IMG/VR virus record: IMGVR_UViG_3300027804_000079
Location: 1-54,269 of that record
DNA from: a virus
Lineage: Duplodnaviria > Caudoviricetes
DNA: 54,269 nucleotides
Direction: 5' to 3' (one strand)
The translations under genes were made by a program, and so were the position numbers. The notes below the pieces were generated by a model. The model did no database searches, was not told the DNA's origin, and saw only the letters and a program-made list of their open reading frames with translations. Shown here in pieces: positions 45,944 to 54,269 of the stretch; the stretch's first letter is position 1; each line of letters begins with the position of its first letter.

Positions 45944-47785
45944 TTAGTCTGGCGTCTTAGCAGCTGGCTTAACACCCTCGTTTGGCTTAGGTGTTCTCAT
46001 ACCTGGATTACCGCCAACGCTTGCTGATGGTTTAGCACCAGTCTTCGCTTCGGGTTTACCACCAGGCTTTGGTTTAGGCTTAGTTTTTTGTTGTTCGTCA
46101 TCAAATTTAAGCGTCGATATCCACGTATCAATAATAGGCCCTATAGACTTTTGGTCGTCAAGCCATTGTCTTTTTGCTGTTGTTGCTTGATTTACAGCAA
46201 CCTGTGCATCGTAAATATCTTCAAGTATAGGCAGCGCATCTGCCGGAACCTGTGCTAGAGTTCGCGGGTCCTGTTGTCCACTGACTATCTTTTTATATAG
46301 ATCTTGATTGTTGTCTCTAAAACTAGTTACAGCTGATCCACCTGCAAGCAAGTTTGCTGTAGCTCTTGTCTTATTTGTATTGGCATAATCAACAGCTGTG
46401 CTTAAATCCTTCGTTTTACCGGCTATCCAATCACCTATAGTTTTTGTGATATTCACTTTCAACTGTGTTGAACTACGAATATCTTGATTAGCCTTAAAGG
46501 TGTTGTTTATGAGTATTCCTTGAATCTCAGCTTTTTCGCGGTCGCCTATGTTTGCAGCTTTAACCTGTGAGATAAACATATCTGCTGCTGCTTTATTTAG
46601 TTCAATAGGCGCTTTTGCTACGGCATAACCAGTTAGAGTTGCTTCATTTCTAGCTTTTTGTACCTTTGCTTCTAACGTGCCACGGTCCAACGCTAAATCT
46701 AGTGTTTGTTTTTGCAATTCACCGGGCAGTTTGGCTTGTTGCGCAGCAACTGAGAATGGAATCGCAACATCATTAAAAGCACCCGTAGGGACTACTCTAG
46801 ACGATGCAAGACCAGGCAGTTCGCCATATTGACTTACAGATCCACCAGTTTCTACTTGTTCAGGCAACATGTACTTACTTGGTGTAAATGGTCCACCTAA
46901 ATCGCCACGTTGTGCATCTAACAACGATTGAGCTTGTTCTGTAGGCAACTGTTCAAATAAACCTGTAGTTGTTCCTGTTGCAGATGTTGGATCAACTTGC
47001 ATTGGTCGATACAGGTCAACTCGCCCGGTTGTTAGGTATTGATTCATGCCCTCAGGTGACAAGCCTGGAATGTTACCAAACTCAGAAATAACTTTTTGGA
47101 CTGCAGCTGGTCGCAAATTAGGATCACCGCCACTTAGCTCATTAACAGCTTGTAAATACTTTGGACCAAGTGCATTGACATAGTAGTTAGGACTTTTAAA
47201 CCCAGCTTGATAACCCTGCGATATATCTCCCTGCAATGCATCTCTTCGAGTTTTGAAATCGTAGACATTACTAACATCCATGTCTGGCTCTATAGTTTCG
47301 TCTATAAAGTATGGTGTTACACTTTTTCTAGCGATACTCCTAATATTTTCAATTGGAGAATCACCATACAACTGAGACACACCAGGCAAGGCAAACAAAT
47401 TATCTAAGTTTTGATAAGCCGTTCCAATGTCTTGCCTAGCTCTAGCTAATACTCTGCGCCTACCTGCAACAGTTGGCTCTTTTAAAAACTCGTCTGTGTA
47501 CTGTTTGTTTTTCTCTGCCAAAGTAGTCTGAGCACGGGTAATCTCTCCGCCAAGGAATGACGCGTTTGCCGGTGTCTTACTTTCACGATCTTCTTTTCTA
47601 CGTGCAATACCAAGCATCGCGTCACGATAGTTTTTGCGCAGAAGTGATTCTTCCGCGTCAGCTTTCATCTTGTCGGTTTTGTATTTTAATTCCGTTGCTT
47701 GTGCGTTTCGCTTTTGTTTAAGCAACTTACCCTGCGCCATCCCGCCAAGGAATTGCGCAAGATAGCCAAGGTTTTCAACTGCCAT
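45944..47785 (-). CDS. Internal virion/ejection protein
   Basis: Position; N-terminal 'LAQFLGGMAQG' followed by coiled coil. Confidence 0.6.
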   Translation of the reverse strand: MAVENLGYLAQFLGGMAQGKLLKQKRNAQATELKYKTDKMKADAEESLLRKNYRDAMLGIARRKEDRESKTPANASFLGGEITRAQTTLAEKNKQYTDEFLKEPTVAGRRRVLARARQDIGTAYQNLDNLFALPGVSQLYGDSPIENIRSIARKSVTPYFIDETIEPDMDVSNVYDFKTRRDALQGDISQGYQAGFKSPNYYVNALGPKYLQAVNELSGGDPNLRPAAVQKVISEFGNIPGLSPEGMNQYLTTGRVDLYRPMQVDPTSATGTTTGLFEQLPTEQAQSLLDAQRGDLGGPFTPSKYMLPEQVETGGSVSQYGELPGLASSRVVPTGAFNDVAIPFSVAAQQAKLPGELQKQTLDLALDRGTLEAKVQKARNEATLTGYAVAKAPIELNKAAADMFISQVKAANIGDREKAEIQGILINNTFKANQDIRSSTQLKVNITKTIGDWIAGKTKDLSTAVDYANTNKTRATANLLAGGSAVTSFRDNNQDLYKKIVSGQQDPRTLAQVPADALPILEDIYDAQVAVNQATTAKRQWLDDQKSIGPIIDTWISTLKFDDEQQKTKPKPKPGGKPEAKTGAKPSASVGGNPGMRTPKPNEGVKPAAKTPD

Positions 47786-48675
47786 TAGAACAAGCCTCCA
47801 GAAGCAGCTGTACCAGCTGTTTTAAACAAACCACCAATAGCCTGTTGTGATGCCATACGGCGCTGTTGCCTAGCTGCATCAAGACGACCTAACGTAGACG
47901 TCAAGTTTTGTCGTCCTTGGCTTGCAATCCCATACCCTTGATTTCTTAACCCAAGGCCTTGATTGAAATCCTGTTGTCCTGCATTAGCCATATATTGAGC
48001 ACCCTGCGCTTGTCGCCCAATGTTTGCGTTTGTTGCTTGAACTAATGCGTTTGCAGCGTTTGGGTTGAATTGATCAATTTGTCGCAATGATCTAGCCGAT
48101 GATAACCCACCTTGCATGACTCCAGGCATTGCCATTGCGCTACGTCTAGCAGCAGCAAGATCGCTTGCAATTTGTGCACGTTGATTATTAAGGACAGATG
48201 GATCAAACATAGTGCTGAGATATCGTGATCGACCACGTTCAAGCATAGACCTGCCGTCGTTTTGCAGCCCCATACCCATGCTGCTCATCTCTCCACCAAA
48301 CTGATCAGCTAAACCCATGCCCGAACGCGCAAGGGCTTCTTGCTCAATTTCTTCGCGAGTTGGGCCTTGTCTACCCCCAAATATGCCCTTTAGGCCACTC
48401 GCTAAACCCATGGCTAAGCCAGCGGTGCCAAGACCCATGCCGACTTTTCCAAGAGTTGATGCGCTATTCCAGGCTTTACCGTACTGCTGAAATGGATTTA
48501 GACGTCTTGGTGCAGATGCCATATTTGCACCCTGGCCAACAAAGTTCATACCTTCTGTTGCATTAAATTGTGGATTAAGTTCTCCACCTACGCCAAACGA
48601 CGGTCGGTCACCAAATGACATCCCCCCGCTGCCAAAGTTACCAATACCTAAATCAAACAACCTTCGTGGTGGCAT
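47785..48675 (-). CDS. Internal virion/ejection protein (G/A/Q-rich, P22 gp7-like position)
   Basis: Gly-rich amphipathic helices and Q/N-rich segments. Confidence 0.6.
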   Translation of the reverse strand: MPPRRLFDLGIGNFGSGGMSFGDRPSFGVGGELNPQFNATEGMNFVGQGANMASAPRRLNPFQQYGKAWNSASTLGKVGMGLGTAGLAMGLASGLKGIFGGRQGPTREEIEQEALARSGMGLADQFGGEMSSMGMGLQNDGRSMLERGRSRYLSTMFDPSVLNNQRAQIASDLAAARRSAMAMPGVMQGGLSSARSLRQIDQFNPNAANALVQATNANIGRQAQGAQYMANAGQQDFNQGLGLRNQGYGIASQGRQNLTSTLGRLDAARQQRRMASQQAIGGLFKTAGTAASGGLF

Positions 48676-48678
48676 AAG

Positions 48679-49167
48679 TTATCTCCCTACCCAAATCGGA
48701 TACGTTGGATCGTTGACTGCAGTAAATACCAACGCGTTATATTGTGAGTTTAAATTTGTGGCTCTTGTAGATGATATTCGCACGTTAGCACCTGCTACTG
48801 TGTCAACAGTAATCGTTCTACCAGCCGTTGCATCTAATCTCATTATTATAACCGTCTTACCTTCTGCAAACTGTGGTGATTGAAGTGTAACAGTAATATT
48901 GCCAGCTGTAGCATCTACAAGTATAACCATTGGGCTATCTTCTACAACGTAGTTTGCAGTGATAACTCTGCTAGGCATAAAGTTAGTCGAGTACGGATCG
49001 TATGGTGTAGATACGGCATACACTTCATACGATAAATCAGCGCTGTTTCCACAGATTACTGCAGGTGCGTTTAGGTCACGAGTAGCAGATAAGTCTTTAC
49101 TTGCCACACCTGTGGTAAATGTTTTTACGTCAGATTCGCTACCTGCTGGTGGTGTTGGTATTGCCAT
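48679..49167 (-). CDS. Tail-associated structural protein
   Basis: 'ILVDATAGNITVTL....GK..II...D' beta module common in tail fibres. Confidence 0.6.
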   Translation of the reverse strand: MAIPTPPAGSESDVKTFTTGVASKDLSATRDLNAPAVICGNSADLSYEVYAVSTPYDPYSTNFMPSRVITANYVVEDSPMVILVDATAGNITVTLQSPQFAEGKTVIIMRLDATAGRTITVDTVAGANVRISSTRATNLNSQYNALVFTAVNDPTYPIWVGR

Positions 49168-49170
49168 GTG

Positions 49171-52100
49171 TTACCTCGTGATGTTTGCATCATACATCTG
49201 AAGATGCACAGCGCGTATATAGAACTTACCTGTTGATGTCCCTGACAGCCTTACCTGCATAGATGTGCCACGTATAGATCGTTGTATGTTACGTATGGCT
49301 ACAGCCTTGTTGACATAGGCTGATACATCATATGTACTGGTAGACGACGCACCAGTAGGAGCTGTAGTGACATTGTACGGACCATTCTGATTCTGTATTA
49401 ACCAAGTAAACTGCTGTGTGGCAGCTGACTGATTATCGAAATGCACATCTAGTTGATAAGGTCGGTTGTTGGCGTAATAGTTTGGACCTTCTGAATAGGT
49501 CTGACCGTGAAGCCTAGATGTGAATGACCAAGCAATTGCGACGTCAGCTCCACCTGCAGTTGACTTATCTGCTGTGCCGTCAAGCTTGTATAGTTGCCCT
49601 GTGGTACTACCAAAGTATACGTATTGCACGTCGTCGCCAAAGCTGAGAGACGTCATAGCGGTCATCGAAATATCGGAGATTGTTTTCCACTTCACCCATC
49701 CCTTTGTACGTGAATCAAACACATAGATGTTTTGGTTTGATGCACCAGCACTGGACGCCGTAGATAAAAGAAAAATTCTTTTGTTCGCAGTTGTCACAAT
49801 TGAGGCCTGGTACTGCGATTTATTAATAGACGTCGCACCAAACATAGTTGGATCAAGCGATAGCAACTTACGTAGCTCTGTAGATCTGGCAACAACACTA
49901 GATCCAGACCACTGCACAAGACCGTTGACGGATAACCATGTCACCGTCCCGTCGGTATTGCTTAAAGATAATGGCGCGGAAATTCCAACACCCGGACTTG
50001 ACACCCAAAGCTGCACGTTGAATGTCGTTGGATCAAAGCCAATTACTGATGTGACGCTGTTTTCTTTCAACACTAACAGTGTTGCCGACTGACTATTACT
50101 TTGTTGTATGTCCTCGCTAAACATTGGGCACATAGCAAGGATAATTTCTTTCTCTTGCCTTCCACCAACACTGAATGTAGCACCCTTTTGCTGAACACCA
50201 GGCTCATTCAAGTCTGGTAGTTCTGTCGTGTACATCTTGTATTCATCAGTTTGATCGATGACCCATGATGCATACAGTTTGTTAGCTTTGCTTACCCACA
50301 GGCGATTCTGGAATGTGGTGATAGCCGATGTACCAAGTGGCATCGGATCTCGACCAATCTCCACAAAATGACCTTGTTGATATGGGCCAGTCTGATAGAA
50401 CAAAGCATCATCTGGTACTTCATCGATGAGCGTAATCTCTCTTGATGTAGAGTTATTGTAGGTGGCTGTCCATCCTGTACCAGTTTTTGTCTGTAATGTA
50501 GTAGTTGTGTCATCAACAGGTATGACAGCTATGAGCCTAAATCTGCCATCTGGAAACAAGGCATTGTTCCGTCGATACACAATCACGTGTGAATACTTAG
50601 ATGTCGACGAATACCCGTATGCCACATAATGCTCAAGCCATACGACATCCGTCGTTGCTGTTACGTACCGTATAGCAGATGGCAAATTAGCAACGTTATA
50701 CGTAGTTCCATCAGGAGCAGTAATCGTAGTCCATGTAACCGAGCTGACTGTAGTTCCACTTGTGTTGATATACGAAAAAGTCGGAGCAACTGTAGTTGAG
50801 ACAAGCCTGAGTTGTGATGCAGCTGGAACATACGTACTCACCCATGTGTCTTGATCTGTAGCGTTACCTACAATCATCTTCCGCTTGTCAATACACACGT
50901 TTGTGCCATATCCAGCGGAGTTGTTTGGATTTAGCACAACGCTGGCACTTGTCAATGCACTGGTTGTATCCAGCGTTGCGCTTATATCTGACAGGTCAGT
51001 TTCAAATCCGGTTGCATATGAATCATCTGCTTGTTTTTCATATGGAGCCAGCGCCGATGCGGACGACGGATACCATCTTGTTATCGCGTATTCGTAGGTG
51101 CCGTTTTTCTGCAGACCTTTATCTACCGCCATGCTTCCTATTGAAAAAGCAAGGCTCGACTGAGTGAATGGAATTCCTGTGTCTAGTGCCAACACATCAT
51201 CTAGAAACTTAATGTAGAAGTACGATACGCCTGTCTTTTGGGCCTTAGTTAATTCATACATGGCAAAGCTGATGTACCTATTTGTACGATCCCACTCGCC
51301 AATGCTTGACCAATAGATTTCAGCTCCCACCTGCAAACCAAGAACTACATTAGGGTAGTTGCCATTCTGATCAACAAGCCCACTTTCAAACTCCCACTGA
51401 AAGCTAATAGCATTGACTTGACTTATGTCTAGTGCAGTGCCAGTGTCAGTTGTAGCCATAAGACGCAAGCGTCTGTTCTTTACATAGCTTGCTTTTGTTG
51501 GGCTAATGTTGCTGTTGGATTGACGGAAGCGTACGTTGACTAATCCGTTGTTATTTAGCAATGTGGTCGAAGGCTCTACAGCAGTCAGATTCGAGGCAAC
51601 TGCAAACAGCTTGACCATGTCAATGTTGACGTCTTGACTTGCGATAACAGCCGTACTCTCAAACCGTATACGCAGTTTAGTAAGGCTAGATGCAAACTCT
51701 CGGAAGTCAATGACAATATCTCTGAGATACCAATCAGACTCGTTGTTGGCATATGCCTGTGTGTATTCCTTACTGAATGCACAGCCTGGAATGTCGCCAG
51801 ACGAATCCTGCCCATACACAGAAACCTTGAACTTGACACTACCTTCTGACTTTATGATGTTTGCAAACGAATAGAACTGCAGGTTGTACAAGCCAATAGT
51901 AGTAGACGTTGTAGCTGGTGGAAACTTCTCCGTGGGTAGAAAATCTACAATCTGCTCAGCATACTCGCCGGTGTTGTCTAACTTAAGATACTTCCTTGTG
52001 TTTGCACCATACGTTACAGCACCTGGCGGTGAACTAATTGCAACGTTCTTAATTACCCAGTTTTCATTATTGTGAACTGATGCACCACTTACCGTCCAGT

Positions 52101-53091
52101 CAGATGTAAAGTTAGCATTACCTGAGTCAGCTCCGTTTACATACCCATCAAAATCACCAGACGGCACCGATGTGTTAGCCGTCGTCAGCTTCATCAAGTT
52201 CATGTTCCACGTGGATGGCCACGCAGCATTAGTCGGTTTTGAGTAGTCTGCCTCACCTTTGGCTAGATAGTAGTTATCAATATCGTTGACTAGACACACG
52301 GTGCTAGTGCCAGTGCCATTTGCAAGAATGGCTGCGCCTCCTGAAGTCAAAGAGACTTGGAATGCAGACCCACTCAGGCCAGTCGCGATTACGAAGTACG
52401 TTGTTCCAGCTGCATGGTTTGTACCTACAGCTGTTACAAACTGAACTCGATCTCCTGCTACAAATGTGTTAGTACCAGTGATTACAGCAGACCCAATAGT
52501 TGAAATGGTTACAGCGACGTTTACCTTCTGTACGTTTACTGATTTGATTTTTACTGGTCTTAGAGTGGCAACTGGCTTGACGTAATCTGTGCCATTAATA
52601 GTCGGTGGTTGTATGTTCGGAAGTGTCTCAACTACCGGTGTGGCTAGTGTTCCATCGATGCGAAATATTGCCGTACCGTCCTTGCCAGGGACTCCATAGA
52701 TATACTTTCCGTGTTGTTTCAGACGCACCTGAGATGCATCAGTCCACGTAGCCGTACCGGTCAGCGCAGTCGTCGTAGCAGTGCCAACTGTGTGAACATA
52801 AGCAGATGTGCCAGACACAAAGAACATGCGGTTACTGGAGCCGTCAGCCGTCCTGTAGCCGATCAATGAATAGATAGGGTTAGCCAAGGAACTGGTGAGC
52901 TGAGCTTGCATGCCTGGGCGTGGCGCCAATGCAGCTCCATCAACCCACATGTTATTCACATCTGGGAAGTAACCGACATCAAGGATATTTGCTGGAAGGT
53001 TTGTGTCAAGCCCAATAAACCGACGGTCACCGAGCGTGTAGCTCTGTGTACCTCGACCAACCATTCTTGTATTATCTGGCATTACTGACAC
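49171..53091 (-). CDS. Tail nozzle / DNA-stabilisation protein (P22 gp10 / tubular B-like) with inserted domains
   Basis: F.GL...NM.......RPG N-terminus, beta-propeller-like repeats, 'YVFD.RTKGW..W' near the C-terminus. Confidence 0.7.
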   Translation of the reverse strand: MSVMPDNTRMVGRGTQSYTLGDRRFIGLDTNLPANILDVGYFPDVNNMWVDGAALAPRPGMQAQLTSSLANPIYSLIGYRTADGSSNRMFFVSGTSAYVHTVGTATTTALTGTATWTDASQVRLKQHGKYIYGVPGKDGTAIFRIDGTLATPVVETLPNIQPPTINGTDYVKPVATLRPVKIKSVNVQKVNVAVTISTIGSAVITGTNTFVAGDRVQFVTAVGTNHAAGTTYFVIATGLSGSAFQVSLTSGGAAILANGTGTSTVCLVNDIDNYYLAKGEADYSKPTNAAWPSTWNMNLMKLTTANTSVPSGDFDGYVNGADSGNANFTSDWTVSGASVHNNENWVIKNVAISSPPGAVTYGANTRKYLKLDNTGEYAEQIVDFLPTEKFPPATTSTTIGLYNLQFYSFANIIKSEGSVKFKVSVYGQDSSGDIPGCAFSKEYTQAYANNESDWYLRDIVIDFREFASSLTKLRIRFESTAVIASQDVNIDMVKLFAVASNLTAVEPSTTLLNNNGLVNVRFRQSNSNISPTKASYVKNRRLRLMATTDTGTALDISQVNAISFQWEFESGLVDQNGNYPNVVLGLQVGAEIYWSSIGEWDRTNRYISFAMYELTKAQKTGVSYFYIKFLDDVLALDTGIPFTQSSLAFSIGSMAVDKGLQKNGTYEYAITRWYPSSASALAPYEKQADDSYATGFETDLSDISATLDTTSALTSASVVLNPNNSAGYGTNVCIDKRKMIVGNATDQDTWVSTYVPAASQLRLVSTTVAPTFSYINTSGTTVSSVTWTTITAPDGTTYNVANLPSAIRYVTATTDVVWLEHYVAYGYSSTSKYSHVIVYRRNNALFPDGRFRLIAVIPVDDTTTTLQTKTGTGWTATYNNSTSREITLIDEVPDDALFYQTGPYQQGHFVEIGRDPMPLGTSAITTFQNRLWVSKANKLYASWVIDQTDEYKMYTTELPDLNEPGVQQKGATFSVGGRQEKEIILAMCPMFSEDIQQSNSQSATLLVLKENSVTSVIGFDPTTFNVQLWVSSPGVGISAPLSLSNTDGTVTWLSVNGLVQWSGSSVVARSTELRKLLSLDPTMFGATSINKSQYQASIVTTANKRIFLLSTASSAGASNQNIYVFDSRTKGWVKWKTISDISMTAMTSLSFGDDVQYVYFGSTTGQLYKLDGTADKSTAGGADVAIAWSFTSRLHGQTYSEGPNYYANNRPYQLDVHFDNQSAATQQFTWLIQNQNGPYNVTTAPTGASSTSTYDVSAYVNKAVAIRNIQRSIRGTSMQVRLSGTSTGKFYIRAVHLQMYDANITR

Positions 53092-54269
53092 CCTCTTTTA
53101 CCAAAAGCATTGACTAGCGTAGCGTCTCTAGTCGTTGTATTTGCTAGTGTTTGTACGTCTGACATTGTACATGTCAAGCTTGGTTCATTACTGAAACTGT
53201 CTGCAAGCGTACTGTCTTCATCCCATCCACATGGCGGAGCTGGATCAATCTGCCATGGTGGGCATTCACAATCTGGAACAGGAGCAGTTATTACGTCTGC
53301 CAACCTAGCACTAGATTGAAATTGAGAACGAACAATAAATGTTATTGATCGTGTAGCAGCAATACTAGCCTTTGCACCAAATCTAGCTTGCAACTGTATT
53401 GCAGGAATAACTACTGGCGATGCAGCTATACTTGCTCTTGCAGATAGTTGGCACGTGCTTATTTTTGTTATAAGTACTACTGCACTTGCTGCGATACTAG
53501 CTCTATTTGCAAATCTTGCCTGTAGCTGAATAGCTGGTGTAACTGTACAAGCAGCAGCAAAACTCGCTTTACCCGATATCTGACATGTAGCGTTCTTTGT
53601 TACACTTGGCGTAACAGTTGCGCTTGCAGCACTGGATGCTCTTCCACTTAAGTTTGCAACTGCAAATGCGACTCTTGATACTAATGACGCAGAACTAGCT
53701 TTAGCGGATAGATTAGCGCTTGCTACTTTATTATTATTTGCATTACCAAAGTCGGCTAACCTTGCACTACCCTGCATCTGCGATCTTGCAAACCTAGCAA
53801 CATTGGCTATTACTGATGAACTAGCTTTACCCGATAAATTTGAAGCAGCTGTTTTATTATTGACAGGAGATACTTGGTCAGCTAATCTTGCACTACCTTG
53901 CATCTGTGACAATGCAAATCTAGCAACATTTGGTAAAGCAGAAGACGATGCCTTACCTGATAGATTTGAAACACCTGCTTTATTGCCGTTAGATGTTGCT
54001 AGGTCAGATAGTCTAGCACTGCCTTGCATCTGAGAAAGAGCAAACCTAGCGACCGTTGCGACAGCAGAAGAGGATGCTTTACCTGAAAGACTTGATGCTG
54101 CTGTTTTATTACCGTTGGCAGATACTTGATCAGCTAGTCGAGCACTGCCCTGCATCTGTGATGTTGCAAACCTAGCAACATTGACCAGCGCCGATGAACT
54201 AGACCTACCTGATAGATTTGACGTTCCTGATTTATTACCGTTAGATGTTGCTTGATCAGCTAGTCTTGC
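53082..54269 (-). CDS. Partial structural protein with 42-aa A/S-rich tandem repeats
   Basis: Frame stays open to the window end; 126-bp repeats QMQGSARLAD...NK...LSGKASS...VARFA. Confidence 0.7.
   Translation of the reverse strand, partial: ARLADQATSNGNKSGTSNLSGRSSSSALVNVARFATSQMQGSARLADQVSANGNKTAASSLSGKASSSAVATVARFALSQMQGSARLSDLATSNGNKAGVSNLSGKASSSALPNVARFALSQMQGSARLADQVSPVNNKTAASNLSGKASSSVIANVARFARSQMQGSARLADFGNANNNKVASANLSAKASSASLVSRVAFAVANLSGRASSAASATVTPSVTKNATCQISGKASFAAACTVTPAIQLQARFANRASIAASAVVLITKISTCQLSARASIAASPVVIPAIQLQARFGAKASIAATRSITFIVRSQFQSSARLADVITAPVPDCECPPWQIDPAPPCGWDEDSTLADSFSNEPSLTCTMSDVQTLANTTTRDATLVNAFGKRGCQ

Noticed and set aside
1-54269. Many short antisense and alternate-frame ORFs in the track
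   Set aside because: They shadow well-supported genes and have no RBS or recognisable motif
1-54269. tRNA, rRNA, integrase/att site, DNA polymerase
   Set aside because: None recognised by eye; lifestyle and host cannot be determined from this window

Overview
The window is most of a tailed dsDNA phage genome with podovirus/P22-like morphogenesis, probably circularly permuted: the capsid genes at the left end and the tail genes at the right end both read on the minus strand. Minus strand, 45-15150: decoration protein, major capsid, scaffold, portal, TerL, TerS, small basic proteins, SSB, XRE regulator, CHAP lysin, dUTPase, SNase-like nuclease and an HTH-Tad2/DUF2829-like fusion, with a three-gene plus-strand island at 9897-10874. 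Plus strand, 15533-33028: small early-type genes, then VRR-NUC, a Sak/Rad52-like annealase, a Gam-like protein, an LmbU-like regulator, a replication initiator with iterons, a helicase loader and DnaB. Minus strand, 33052-54269: a 4287-aa polyvalent/ejection protein, two other ejection-like proteins and tail proteins. The main finding is at about 15370-21930, an array of gene cassettes. Each cassette starts with a ~110-bp five-box module whose spacing is nearly invariant (29-31/16/21/17 bp; 8 full copies and 1 degenerate), and ends in either a C(UUCG)G terminator or a kink-turn hairpin. Three further families of covarying RNA structure lie between genes: a GUGACAG-loop hairpin, an H-type pseudoknot next to the Shine-Dalgarno, and 5' leader hairpins. 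The array is bounded by a G-quadruplex-like tract on the left and by an extra copy of the replication iterons on the right. All protein family calls come from recognising motifs by eye; no database search was run.
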